From: Octopus sinensis
Taxonomy: Eukaryota
Length of the DNA stretch: 64,000 nucleotides
Assembly: GCF_006345805.1 (NCBI RefSeq)
Contig: NC_043000.1
Span: 72,230,001-72,294,000, forward strand
Direction: 5' to 3'
Part shown: piece after piece, positions 1 through 13,577 of the stretch
Layout of the letters: each line of letters opens with the position of its first letter
Numbering within the stretch: position 1 is the first letter of the stretch
Translations under genes and position numbers: made by a program
The notes under the pieces: model-generated
Database searches by the model: none
The model's input: only the letters and a program-made list of their open reading frames with translations
Told to the model about the DNA's origin: nothing

Positions 1-300
1 TTGCGGCGGCGGAGGTGGCGAAGGGCAATCGATTCAGCCCGAGTGAGGTTGTCTCGGAGGGGTCTTTGTTCAAAGTTGAACTAGTGGACCAACGCGTTGC
101 AGTCATGCACAAACAAATCTAGGCTACTGAATAGGCCTGAGGGCGGCCTCCAGTTGGATGGACGGCGCCCCAGCTCCAAAAGGCAATCCTGATTGTTGTG
201 ACGCTGCGGGGACGCGTGGAAGAATGCGCAAAATTTGAGGCGGCGCAGGAACAGGTTGACGTCAGTCCGAGTCTCGAACTCATCACAGTGGCGCGTGAGA
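1..300 (-). mobile_element. Penelope-like element, N-terminal ORF fragment
   Basis: DVNLFLRRLKFCAFF...SNWRPPSGLFSSLDLFV resembles the region upstream of the PLE RT domain. Abuts a (TA)n tract. Confidence 0.55.
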
Positions 301-1208
301 GGCGTATATATATATATATATATACAATGAATGAGGGAATCTAAACGAAGTTCACGAGAATCTTTATTCATTACAAAAATCGTTTTGAGCCATCGGTCCC
401 TTGCGGATGGAATACTGTATAACTGGTGGTGTTGTACCCTTCGTTGTAGATGTATATCGTCAGGTGTCTTGTTTTAAAAAAGATACCTCGCTCAATAAAC
501 TCAGTTACTCAATATACTCGATCCACTCAGATCGATTATACAGTATGTTGTTGCTAGTAGGTTGTTGGCAATAACAACAGGGGACGGATACAATTTTCGG
601 GCTCACTATGGGTCACAGTGAATACATGACAGATTGAAATAACAAAAAAATTAAAAAAAGATAAAAGATAAGAAGTAATAGATAAAATGTAGAAAGATAA
701 TTGTACACGAGTAGATACAAACCCATACAGACGGACACTCCCCTCCCATACCCACGCTCATGCTGTTAAGAAGGTGTTGCATACGGTTATAAAGAACTAA
801 GATGTTCTTATCAGAGGCAAAAAGACCAGTGCGGACAGTTTACAGTCGGTTACAGATGACTAGGTCGGGGTGTCTGGCGACGGTTTGATGTACTTATACA
901 AACTGCCCTGTCACCATAGTCGTATTGTTATAAAGTTTTATGCGTGTATATATATATACATATACATGCTTACACACACACACACACACACACCACACAC
1001 ACACACACAAACATATTTCAGACAAGTACTCATTTATTTATATCTGTGTACTGGCACACGCGCGCACATGCGTGTGCCAGTACACATATCTCTACGTATA
1101 CACACACACACTTATATATACATACATACATACATACATATATATATATATATGTGTGTGTGTGGGGGGTGTATATATATAAATATATATATGTGTGTGA
1201 GGGGGATG

Positions 1209-1244
<36 letters not shown>

Positions 1245-1338
1245 ATCTATATATATATATATATATATACTAGCTGAAGGTGACCCGCTCTACGCGCGGG
1301 TAAGAGTGTGGTTGTTACTTTCTGTTGCTTCCTTTCAC

Positions 1339-1640
1339 CACGTAAAAAGCACCATCCGAACGTGGCCGATTGCAGCGACGCCTTGACTGGCTTCTGTGCC
1401 GGTGGCACGTAAAAAGCACTAACCGATCGTGGCCGCTGCCAGCCCCCCTGGCACCTGTGCTGGCGGCACGAAAAAAGCACCCACTACGCTCACAGAGTGG
1501 TTGGCGTTAGGAAGGGCATCCACCTGTAGAAACACTTCCAGATCAGACTGGAGCCTGGTGCAGCCTCCTGGCTTCCCAGACCCCAGTCGAACCGTCCAAC
1601 CCATGCTAGCACGGAAAACGGACGTTAAACGATGATGATG
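1339..1640 (+). mobile_element. SINE-like repeat, 3' portion
   Basis: Repeated GGCACGTAAAAAGCAC units, a GGAAGGGCATCC motif and a (GAT)n tail. Confidence 0.55.
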
Positions 1641-2196
1641 CTGATGATTGTCCCTCTTTGTTTCTCACTCCTTTCTCTCTCACCTTCCCACTCTCTTACT
1701 TTTCTTTCTCTCGGACTCTCCCTCGCTTTTTCTTACTCTCTATCTTTCTCTATCTCTCTCCCATTTATAAACAACAAAATATCTTGAGTAAGTTCAGAAA
1801 TAAAATATTTAGAAAGATCAATCATAAATATCAGGCAGTGGCAACGGAAAGGTCTGCTTCAAGGCAGACAGCAAAACGCTAACATTTAAAAGGGACAGAC
1901 GAACTTGCGAGCTGAATAAAAATAATAAAATATTGGAAACCAAAGTTTGAAGGGATAGAATGTGAGGATAGTAAAGTTACCATGGCTGGCATTTCTTAAC
2001 GACGGACAGCAACGTATTGACAGTTTAACGGCTGGCGTAAAATGTTGAACTTGATGTAAAAGAAAATTCGTAAACACCAAGTTTTGAAGTGATTCTTTCT
2101 CACGACAGTAGACTCACCATGGCAAGCATTCAAAACTTCTTCATCATGGACGGCAACACATTGACGATTAAAAGGCTGGTGCAAATTTTTTAGCTT

Positions 2197-2495
2197 GATG
2201 TAACAGAGAATTCCTAAACACTCGCTCCTTTAAATTTTAATCCCCTTCCAGCCCCATTTAGACTCCTTTTCACATTTTGGTTAATATAACCCGATTTAAT
2301 TCGGGTCTACTGGGGCCACATTTTATAAGATGAGGAATTTTGTCCTAGAGGTCACGCGTTTCATTTGAGGAAAAAAATAGTTGTCATGCAAACTTGCTAG
2401 CATTTTAACATAGGTATGCATATTTTCAGCTGAACCGACCGACCACATAATGCACACATTATATATATATATATGTGTGTGTGTGTATATATATA

Positions 2496-2526
<31 letters not shown>

Positions 2527-3100
2527 GCATGCATTATATATATATATATGTATAAGATAGAATCACTAATAGGCAAATCAAACAGTGAAAAACCAAAAGC
2601 ATAAAAATAAAAATATAATATAGAAAATATATAAAATATAAAATTTTAAAATTTTAATTATTTAAATTAAAAAAAAATTATTAAATTATATTTATAATTT
2701 GTTTAAATATATATATAACTATCAAAAAGTATTAAAAAATTTAATATACATAAATACAGATATATACACTTTGTATAAATACATTATATATACGTATTTA
2801 AATATAGAATACACACACACATATATAAATGAACGCATTGATGTAACAGAGAATTCATAAACACCCGCTCTTTTAAATTTTAATCCCCTTCCAGCCCCAT
2901 TTAGACCCCTTTTCACATTTTGGTTAATATAACCCGATTTCATTCGATGTACTGGGGCCGCATTTTATAAGATGAGGAATTTTGTCCTAGAGGTCACGCC
3001 TTTCATTTTAGGAAAAAAAAATAGTTGTCATGCAAACTTGCGAGCACTTTTAACATAGGTATGCATATTTTCAGCTGAACCGACCCGACATAATGCACAC

Positions 3101-3110
<10 letters not shown>
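2197..3110 (+). repeat. About 270-bp direct duplication (2197-2465 and 2839-3105)
   Basis: Near-identical text from tgatgtaacagagaattc to cacataatgcacacattata in both copies. Confidence 0.85.
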
Positions 3111-3154
<44 letters not shown>

Positions 3155-3193
3155 TATATAGTATATATATAATGTGTGTGTGTGTATGTGTTG

Positions 3194-3256
<63 letters not shown>

Positions 3257-3407
3257 GGAGTGTCTCTCATACGTGAGCGTTGACGCTGAATTCGACTGGT
3301 AAGCAGGTAACCTTGTCTTTGCTGAAATAGTTGTGAGCTGCTGGAGTTATTTCTCTGACGGGTAATAGGAATTTCCATATTCTCCGAGGAAACGAACTGT
3401 TGACCCA

Positions 3408-4277
3408 GACTGTCATGCTATTAGCAGTCAGAAGTGAAAGTACGTCAACTTCGTGTATTTACGTCAGGTTTATACCTTCGTTAATTTACACCGTTTATTT
3501 ACGTACCACCACGCTGTTAGGTTTATAAAACAATTGAAGTTCAGTTTAAAGTTTATAAATAAATACATTTAATTCCCCATTATAGTAATATTTGTCTGTT
3601 GAAATCCGTTTTAATTCGGTCAATAGTTTAATTAAAGATGTGTCTATACATGTATATATATATATATATATATAATATATATATACATATGTATATATAC
3701 ATGTGTATACATATATATATATATATACATGTGTATATATACATGTGTATACATATATATATATACATGTGTAATGTATACACATGTATATATACACATG
3801 TATATATATATATATACATGTATAGACACATCTTTAATTAAACTATTGACCGCCTTAAAACGGATTTCAACAGACAAATATTACTATAATGGATAATATA
3901 AGCATATAACTACTTATACACACATACAATAAATACAGACACACACACATTAGTCAGACATATAGCCACATATACACACACATGTGTATGATTGGTGTAT
4001 GTGATCGCGGTGGTGGTGGTCATTTGTGCAGATTTGGTGTGATTTCTTTTTTAAAAACAATAATGAATAATGCAAGAATATATTTATTTATAAAGTTTAA
4101 ACAGAACATGGAATGAAATGTATTTATTTATAAACTTTAAACTGAACTTCAATTGTTTTATTAACCTAACAGCGTGGTGGTACATAAATAAACGGTGTAA
4201 ATTAACGAAGGTATAAACCTGACGTAAATACACGAAGTTGACGTACTTTCACTTCTGACAGCTAATAGCATGACAGT
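3408..4277. repeat. Split inverted repeat around a (TA/CA)n tract
   Basis: 3578-3660 is the reverse complement of 3815-3892, and 3409-3571 is the reverse complement of 4117-4277. Confidence 0.85.
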
Positions 4278-5236
4278 GCCTTAATTTTAATAAAAGCATC
4301 AATTTAAGAAAAAATAATAAAGTAGTAAAAAATGAAAATTTAGCACGAAAAATTTGCAGGGTTCTAAATAAATGTTAAAATGTAGTATATGTATAAATTA
4401 AATTAGAGATAAAACCACTAATAGGCAAATGAAACAGTAAAAAACCAAAAACAAAAATATAAAAATAAAAATATATTATAGAAAATATATAAAATTGAAA
4501 AATTTAAATTATTTAAATTTAAAATGGAAATTATTAAATTATATTCATAATTTGTTTAAAAATATATATAACTATTAAAAAGTATTAAAAAGTTTAATAT
4601 ACATAAATACAGATATATACACTTTGTATATATACATTATATATACATATTTATATATCGAGCACACACACACACACACATATATAAATGAACGCAATGA
4701 ATATCTGATTCATAATATTTGTTCTCATGATTGTGTGTTTGTGGTGGCGTGTGGCGATGATAATTCTCCCTATGAATGCAGACAGATACATCAAAGAACA
4801 CCGTCTGACGAACTTTACATTAAATAACGGGAGTAGACTTGTCAAAGTTATACATGAAGGGGAGTTAGAGGGGAATGGAGGAAATAGCGTGAGTGAGGAA
4901 GATGGCCCCTAGCAACCACACCTTTTAAGATAGGGATTTCTAAGGTAGCCCACGGGCATCGTCACCTCATTCTACATGTCCCTGTAAATTTTGGAGCGAA
5001 TCGGACGGGATGTAGTGGCATTGAAAGCGAGCCAAGCGGTAAAAACGCATTTCAGTTTTATATAGAGAGATAAGATATATATATATATATATATATAAAT
5101 AGGTGAATGAATTATTCTATGTTTATCGTCAGCATGGAAGATTCGTTGAACCGAAATCAGGGTAGCAAATTAACGTCAGAAACACGGTTGTCCAAGGGTA
5201 GAAACTCCGGGTTCATGTGCAGAAATTTGTGTGTTG

Positions 5237-5422
5237 TATATGAATAAATGAAAGAATGGAGTCGAACGAAGATGTTAACAAAATTCCTTTACTCTTGACA
5301 TATGTTTCGAAGACAACATGGTTTCATTCCAAAGGATTGAGACCATGTTGTCTTCGAAACATATGTCGAGAGTAAAGGAATTTTGTTAACATCTTCTTTC
5401 GACTCCATTCTTTCATTTATTC

Positions 5423-5427
<5 letters not shown>
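5237..5427. repeat. About 190-bp palindrome made of two HHR 3' halves
   Basis: Arms are near-perfect reverse complements. Each strand carries GAAAC-ATAT-GTC next to the central hairpin. Confidence 0.85.
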
Positions 5428-5459
<32 letters not shown>

Positions 5460-5461
5460 AT

Positions 5462-5557
<96 letters not shown>

Positions 5558-6199
5558 GTATGTATATTCGTACATTTACAGATATATCCAAATATCTGTT
5601 CTTCCATACATACATATTTACAAATACATGTACATATCTATATCTCCGTACATACACACGCTAATACTTGTTCGAAAAGGCACATATGTACTTTGTAGTA
5701 CTCAGACTCCCATGCAGTTAAGTCAGACACACAGACACTCTCCGAGGTTAAATAGATAATTAAACACTAATTTCAATAAATATCGTATAAGTTCGAGTCA
5801 AATAGTTAGTTCGTATAGCTTGGCTAAACAATTTGTAATTGTATAGTCCGTCTATACTACTTAATGGAATACATCAGTCTATGATTTATAACATATAACA
5901 TATACCGTATAACATATAACATATATCACATAAAATACACTATAACCTTACTGACTTGAATCCAATGTTACTGTGCGTACATTGGCATATTTTCGTCGCT
6001 CCGAAAGTAATATTCTGGGACAAACACACGTGTAGCGGCACAAGCAGTCAGTGCCCTACTGGATGAGATCTCGCGGCAGCTATTGCTATCTCCGAGACTG
6101 GAGCGAGACCTCACCTGCATCCATTTGCTATGCACGAGATCACAATGAGACTCGCAATGACAAACTGTATATAAGTGGCAAAACAGATTGAGATTCTTC

Positions 6200-6520
6200 C
6201 TCTCTCTTTGCCGTATATTCGGACATTTCATCGTACATTTCATCCGTCAAAACCTCGTGGAATATTTCCAATGGCGATCTTCCATGTTCAAAGTTTGCTT
6301 TTAAGCCAGGCGTACCAGTAAAACCATGCTAACGGACGAAATTGTCTCTCGCTTCCCACACGACATTCTATGGTCCAGGGACACTCATTGCTGCCCGCCT
6401 GTACCTTTGATTCACCGGAATATCATCATCACTATCGGAATGATCTGATACTGAACTTGGAAAATACTCACAATCCGAATCATCGTTCGAATGGGGAGAA
6501 ACAACTGGTGAGGTGGTAGA
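6200..6520 (-). mobile_element. piggyBac-like transposase N-terminal remnant
   Basis: Minus-strand reading HGFTGTPGLKANFEHGRSPLEIFHEVLTDEMYDEM, preceded by an acidic S/D-rich stretch. Contains stops. Confidence 0.6.
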
Positions 6521-7624
6521 GTTTGGTGTAGCTTGGCACGACGACCATTAATTCGACGGAACAGGACGCGACGACAAAGTTGAAGGAGCCGGAGTGGTAA
6601 GACGCGACGACGGTAAGTTCGACGAAACAGGATGCGACGACGAAGTTGACAGAGCCGGAGTAGCAGGACCAGCCTATCAGGTTGTATATATTTACATGAA
6701 ATGTTTAATCAGCCAGGTGGACCGGTGTTGACTCAGGTGACAGGTTCTAAGTCAGGCGGCATCTGTAAATTTACGTCAACCGTTTTAAAAAGTTTATCTT
6801 GCCCATAAATAGTACAGCATCATTTAATTTACTGCATCAAATCCCAAGATTGTGAAGAAATATATGTGGGTCAAACTGGAAGTGCACTATCAGAACATTC
6901 ACGTGTGCACCAACAGCAAATTAGAGACCCAAATGTTTGTCAAATACCTTTGAGTAACCATCAAGCAACATGTAGTCGGAAAATATCTTATTTCCATTCG
7001 ACAAACTACACAGTCTAAGTGAAATCGTGAGAAAACTCAGAAAAAAGAACATTATTGATAAATTCCAACTCGAGTTAAATAAACAATAATAATAATACTT
7101 AGAGCTACTAATTCTACTGCTACGACCACTACCACTAACATCAACAATGACAATACTAAAGGTTCTCATGATGACGATAGCAGAAAAATACTCGCTAAGA
7201 GAAAAGTCAGTAAAAATAATCATATTTAGGGTTTAAAGTTCTATTACCACAGCTACTCCTACCACCACCACCACCACCACCACCACCAATGACAACAATA
7301 ATAAAGGTGATGATAATGATGATGATCATAATTGAAACATAAAAATCCCTGGGGAATATTGTTTACAACATTTCCAAAAATAGTCAAACTATTACTGCTT
7401 TGGCCAGGGTCAAAATACAGGTCTCTTGACATGTTCAACAAACTGTGACGCCTAAACCAGACACCAATCAACTTAAGTAATTTAGTAAAGCCACACACGT
7501 TTTGGTCAGAATACAGTTTGCAAAACTTAACATTCTGGAGCTTATACAAATGTATTTAAGGTACACATTGTAACCATCCCACTACAGTTGTAAATTGTAA
7601 AGCATAGCTGTCATCACTACTATA

Positions 7625-7669
7625 TGCACCTGAAGATTGCATAGTTTAATACATGAAAGTACTAGTTCA
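7625..7669 (+). ncRNA. Type I hammerhead ribozyme motif, slightly degenerate
   Basis: TGCAC-CTGAAGA-stem II-GAAAG-TA-CTA-GTTCA, with palindromic AGTACT stem III. Confidence 0.6.
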
Positions 7670-7970
7670 ACCAGAATGGACATTTAATATTCTATCATTT
7701 CTTTGTTATACTATCTTTATACTATATGATTGTAAATAAAATATGAAAATAAGACAAAATTGGAATCTCTTTGAGTAGTACATTCTTCAATACACAATCA
7801 TACACACCCGTGTATATATATATATATGAATATATTTATATGTATATTTCTATGATTGTATATATGCATGCAAGAAAATATGTATGTGTGTGTATGTGCA
7901 TGTATGTATGTATGTATGTATGTATGTATGTATGTATGTATGTATGTATGTATGTATGTATGTATGTATG

Positions 7971-8004
<34 letters not shown>

Positions 8005-8014
8005 TGTATATATA

Positions 8015-8092
<78 letters not shown>

Positions 8093-9190
8093 GTGAGCGA
8101 GCGAGAGAGAGAGAGGTTCAGTTCGGTGGTGCAAACAGGAAAATAGAACTTAAAATATATGTAAATATATGTAAAATATATGTAAGCAATTACAAATCAC
8201 GCGGATAATTCATATTATTCAGATAGTTTGCTCGTTATGCCTTTCAGTAAGTAGATTCACAAATAAATAAAGGAAAATGTCTGCATACATACACATACGC
8301 ATACACATAGAAGCCACTGTTGGTTGATATAAATACATTATATATATATATATATATGCATACATACAGATGTGTATTTATATAGATCCACACTCGAACA
8401 TAAGGATATGCGTAAATCACATACACATGCACATATAAACATTTCAATAGATGTATCTATACAATGAATCAAAGCATGTATACACAAAGACGCATAAAGG
8501 CGTCTAATTACGCATACACACACATGCGCACCCCACTGCACGCGCGCACATGCATACATACACATATGAGTGAAGACGCTATGGTAATCACCTATCTTCC
8601 CGTTACATGAACAAAAGTAAAGTTGGCTAACCACATATGGTGCTTGAAGACCAATTCTACACCAATACAATCAAGTGCAAAATTGTAGAAAAGTGCATGC
8701 CATATGTTAATGGATTTTAAAAAATGTAAGTTATGCGCAGCCGAAAGATTGCATATCTTTTTTAGATCTAAAAATTTCACCGCTCTACTGAATTACAGAT
8801 CTGAAACTATTAGCAATTGCAAACATATGAGCAAATTTCTTTTGACCAATCGGAGAACACAACTCTCTCCTGATTGAGCAGCTGTATGGCACACTTTAGA
8901 CCCCTTCTACATCAACTAGTTTTATGAATTTAAAGTCAAACGAGACATAGCTCTAATTTTCTATGCTTTTGTTTCTTTCACCCTTCTTTTTGCATCCACC
9001 TTCCTCTCGTTTTTTTGTGATTTCTTTTGTTCTATTGTCCTAATTTATAAGTAGTACAGGCCATGTTCTCAGAGCTTGGATATTACATGAAGATACTAGG
9101 TGTGTTGCTAAAACTTGTCAGAAATATCTTTAATGTATGAAACTATTAATAGCTTATAACTATATACTGTGTACATTAAACAGTATATAT

Positions 9191-9419
9191 ATTTCTTTAC
9201 TGCCCACAAGGGGCTAAACATAGAGGGACAAACAAGGACAGACAAACGGATTAAGTCGATTACATCGACCCCAGTGCGAAACTGGTACTTTATTTATCGA
9301 CCCCAAAAGGATGAAAGGCAAAGTCGACCTCGGCGGAATTTGAACTCAGAACGTAACGACAGACGAAATACGGCTACGCATTTCGCCCGGCACGCTAACG
9401 TTTCTGCCAGCTCGCCGCC
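9191..9419 (-). mobile_element. SINE-like repeat
   Basis: Minus-strand head GGCGGCGAGCTGGCAG with a B-box-like GAGTTCAAATTCC. Confidence 0.65.
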
Positions 9420-9482
9420 ATCATTAAACAGTATATATCTGTGTGCGTGCATGTGTGTGGTGTAAATATATACAATACTTAG

Positions 9483-9545
<63 letters not shown>

Positions 9546-9548
<3 letters not shown>

Positions 9549-10460
9549 CAACAATTGAGGGTAAAATTAATTAATTATTAATCAATTTCACCAAGTATTC
9601 AGTATGTAAAGGGACCATTATAGGCGAATTCAAAATATTACATTATATATAAGGGCTTAGTAAAATAAATTACTTTGCCACATACTGAACTCATTAGAAA
9701 TAGCAGCTAAAGAAATTTCTTCAGCTATTTCCAATACTTAAAGAAGATCTCTCTCAGATAGTGTTTGCCTAAACTAACTCACAAAAGTATGGGGGAAAAA
9801 ACATTAAAAAATCAAGTGCAAAGGTTATTTGAGAACGTACGTTTCTAGATTAGTCAATTCGACATTTCTTTCTTCAGCTCAGAATTCCTTGAATCGGATT
9901 TGGGAACACTGAAAGTCGGGAGCATAACCTTTCGGCTTCTAATCACCTCTAGAATTCTGCTCGAACTAAAAGTGCTATCAAATTCGAATATGCAAGCGAA
10001 GAATTTCTGCTCTCCCCTTTCCACCAGCGTGGGTTAAAATTGACAAACACCATGTATTAACGGTGAAAACCGCAGAATTTAGCAGAGAGAGATGAATTAT
10101 AATTTCAACAATTGAGGGTAAAATTAATTAATTATTAATCAATTTCACCAAGTATTCAGTATGTAAAGGGACCATTATAGGCGAATTCAAAATATTACAT
10201 TATATATAAGGGCTTAGTAAAATAAATTACTTTGCCACATACTGAACTCATTAGAAATAGCAGCTAAAGAAATTTCTTCAGCTATTTCCAATACTTAAAG
10301 AAGATCTCTCTCAGATAGTGTTTGCCTAAACTAACTCACAAAAGTTAGATCTCTGAGAGAGATCTTCTTTAAGTATTGGAAATAGCTGAAGAAATTTCTT
10401 TAGCTGCTATTTCTAATGAGTTCAGTATGTGGCAAAGTAATTTATTTTACTAAGCCCTTA
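9546..10460. mobile_element. PLE-type terminal repeats, tandem plus inverted
   Basis: 9546-9785 is repeated at 10103-10345 and partly inverted at 10347-10460. Flanked by (TA)n and contains an HHR. Confidence 0.75.
9830..9881 (-). ncRNA. Type I hammerhead ribozyme motif
   Basis: TGAG-CTGAAGA-interrupted stem II-GAAAC-GTAC-GTT-CTCA, with palindromic ACGTACGT. Confidence 0.75.
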
Positions 10461-10481
10461 TATATATATAATATAATATAT

Positions 10482-10554
10482 ATAAATAATGAGAGCAGAG
10501 AAAATGATAAACAAAAGAAATGGATATAAAACAGGCATATATATGTATATATAC

Positions 10555-10605
<51 letters not shown>

Positions 10606-10618
10606 CGTGTATATATAT

Positions 10619-10663
<45 letters not shown>

Positions 10664-10837
10664 TGAGAGCAGAGAAAATGATAAACAAAAGAAATGGATA
10701 TAAAACAGGCATATATATGTATATATACGTTATATATATATATATAATATATATATAATATATATAAATAATGAGACCAGAGAAAATGATAAAGAAAAGA
10801 AATGGATATAAAACAGGCATATATATGTATATATACG

Positions 10838-10840
<3 letters not shown>
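10482..10840. repeat. Three copies of a ~75-bp unit separated by (TA)n
   Basis: ataaataatgagagcagagaaaatg...aaacaggcatatatatgtatatatacgt occurs three times. Confidence 0.85.
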
Positions 10841-10870
<30 letters not shown>

Positions 10871-11308
10871 TATATATATATATATATATATATAAGTTAA
10901 AAATGTATAGTAAATGCACAAATGAAAAACAGTCTCAAAATGGCAAGTTAAAAATGTAAGAAGCAAAAATTTGATACGAGGAGGGAGTAAATTGAACTAA
11001 CAAATGGGATCTGAAAACTGATAAATTAGCTAAATTAAGATGTGATTTACAATGAACTGTCTCTTATTGTCAGATGGGATGTTGACTCAGATAAAGGTGT
11101 ATGTGTAAGCCATGACACACATGCGCGTGCGCGCGTACACACACACACGTACATGGATGCAGTTAAATAATTTATTCCGTGTTCATTGCATTGGTAATCG
11201 AAAGTAAAATATAAATTTAAGATAACTATCTTAGTAATTTTTACTGAGATAAGCATTTCAGCGTCTGATCGTATACTAATGGTGATATAACTTTCTTTCT
11301 CTTTGCAG

Positions 11309-11333
11309 AACTTCCAGACATCTATATGTGAAG
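11309..11333 (+). CDS. 25-nt microexon of the multi-VWA gene (NFQTSICE+G)
   Basis: Polypyrimidine tract ctttctttctctttgcag before and gtaaaag after. Phase 0 to 1 reads NFQTSICE, like the end of a VWA domain, and joins in frame to the phase-1 exon at 19588. Confidence 0.6.
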
Positions 11334-11918
11334 GTAAAAGTCAAAATTATTTGTTTTTTTGTTTTTTCGCCGGCACCTACATGTTCGTTATGCAAAGGTA
11401 ATCGCTATTTTATGAGCATTATCAATGGAGATCGTAACAAAGTTAAAATTGCTCAATAATATTTAAAGCTAACAAATGAAATTCATTTAAATATTTCTCA
11501 GACATCGTTTAACTTCATAGTGACTCAATAATTTTTTTCACATGACAGAAATGCTTCTAAATATGAAATGGAAATCAAGTGGCTGAAGTTAACTGTAACC
11601 TGCCTGTATATCAAATAACAGATGCCAGCTAGTCTTCTTCAGTTTTATGCAGCATAACAGTGATAAGAAAAACAGCAATTGATTGGGTAATAAAGACAAC
11701 AATTGATTGGGTGATAAAGAATAAATGTCATAACTTAACATAGATCGAGAGTCCCAGGTTTTAACATATTTTAACAATTAAATCTTTCCGGTAAACCTAT
11801 AATATTAAGTGAACACAAAGTAGTCTGTTCAATAAATACTCTTCAAAATATAGGTAATTTGGGATCGTAAAAATCCAAAATTTGAGGAAACCAGTCATTT
11901 TATACACACACACACAGA

Positions 11919-11967
<49 letters not shown>

Positions 11968-12682
11968 AGTAAAAGGAGGAAAAATTACATCAAAAAATCA
12001 CAGAACATACACGTCCATAATGTAAATAATATTGTATTGATATATATATAAAGTATGATTATTTAAAAAGGTTTGAGATATCTTACGATCGTTTCATGAA
12101 TATATTACCCTTCGAAATGAAATCCAAAATTGATAATATTTATAAGTTAATACATCCACTCCTTATCGTAGTTTGCCACCACACAATGGTATCGCCATGG
12201 TAATCCGGAATATCCTGTCGTATTTACTTCGATTGTATTGTCCCATGAGTCTATCTCATCGTAAAGTTCTTGATTTGTTTTGTTATATATTACAACGTGT
12301 TTTTCTCACAAGGCGGAGGAGGGGCGGTTTTGGGACTCCTGTGTGCTTGCGTTTTTCTTTGAACCAGTGGGCTGTGGAGAGGGCTGGTGTCTGTAGGGGA
12401 AGGATGAGGCAGAGAGGGTGTGGTTGGGAGTCGGGTTGGTGTGGATTGGGGGTCAACATTCACAGTGTGTGCCTTTTTTCCCTTTTCTCATTTATTCCCT
12501 TCGTTGTTCACCTCCTCTTCTTCTTCGGCACTTGTCTTTCGTCAGCACAGTATGTGTGTATAAGTAAGATTCAGTTGAATTAGGTGCTTAAGTTGATCGG
12601 AATAATATACATATACAACATTATTATGCAATTATCAACTTAGGTAAAAAAAAAGTGTAGAAGTTGATTGTAAAGACCATGT

Positions 12683-12769
12683 ATTCATCTGAAGAAAACG
12701 GTTTCTTTATAAAGATATAATGTACTCATTAATCCATTAAAGGAGTCGTTAGAAACGGCCGTAATGAAT
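12683..12769 (+). ncRNA. Type I hammerhead ribozyme motif, intact
   Basis: ATTCAT-CTGAAGA-A-AACGGTTTCTTTA...TAAAGGAGTCGTT-A-GAAAC-GGCC-GTA-ATGAAT. 6-bp stem I, long stem II, palindromic ACGGCCGT, GUA triplet. Confidence 0.88.
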
Positions 12770-12817
12770 TGACACCTGTCCTTCAATTGTTATATATGTA
12801 TGTGTATATATATATAT

Positions 12818-12848
<31 letters not shown>

Positions 12849-13577
12849 CACACACACACGCACGCATACACACGCAGGCACATGCACATGCACACGCACG
12901 CACACACCTACACACACACACACACACCACACACACCACACACACACACACACACATACATATACATACAAACAGGGCTTATAAGCGGGTGTTCAACCTG
13001 TATATGGGTGTTCCATGGCCCGGTGAGCGAACAAACAGGACTCATTATTATCTGATGTAGTTCTCTCTCACTTTGAATTTAATTTCGAGATTTGGGGAAC
13101 CGAAAGTAGTCTCTTTGCAACATTCACCCCACCCTCACTCTCTCTCTCACTTTCTCTCTCTTGGTGCGTGTGTGATTGTGTAAAGATGGATAGATATAGA
13201 TATAATAAAACGCAGAAAATGTAATTGTTATTTTTAAGCTTTAATATACGTACTTTTCCGTATATATTAAATAATTACTATAAGATATGCGGTGCATGTC
13301 TTTATATACCTCAATCATGCATATTATATGTAAGGAAATGGCTATAACAAAATCATTTATTTAATGCTTCGGAGTATTTACGTACATGATTTAAACGTGC
13401 ATCCCAGCACACTGCGCGCGCGCCTATAGTATGTGATGTGTTCGTGTGTAGTGTAGTATGTGTGCGAATGTTTATGCATGTATATATGTACGTATGCATG
13501 CATGTATGTATGTATAAATATATCTATGTAGTTATGTCAATATATATACTGTAAGTATATATACGTGAAGTTATAAA

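Larger units (their letters stand above)
1270..5070 (-). mobile_element. Non-autonomous Helitron-like element with nested repeats
   Basis: Minus-strand 3' hairpin CCCGCGCGTAGAGCGGG followed by CTAG|T at 1270, and a candidate TC 5' end near 5070. Pairing of the two ends is inferred. Confidence 0.45.

Noticed and set aside
378-470. Minus-strand GACAC-CTGACGA hammerhead 5' core
   Set aside because: No intact GAAA or stem I partner downstream.
10482-10840. Repeat-spacer pattern resembling a CRISPR array
   Set aside because: Spacers are plain (TA)n, units are too long, the context is eukaryotic and no cas genes are present.
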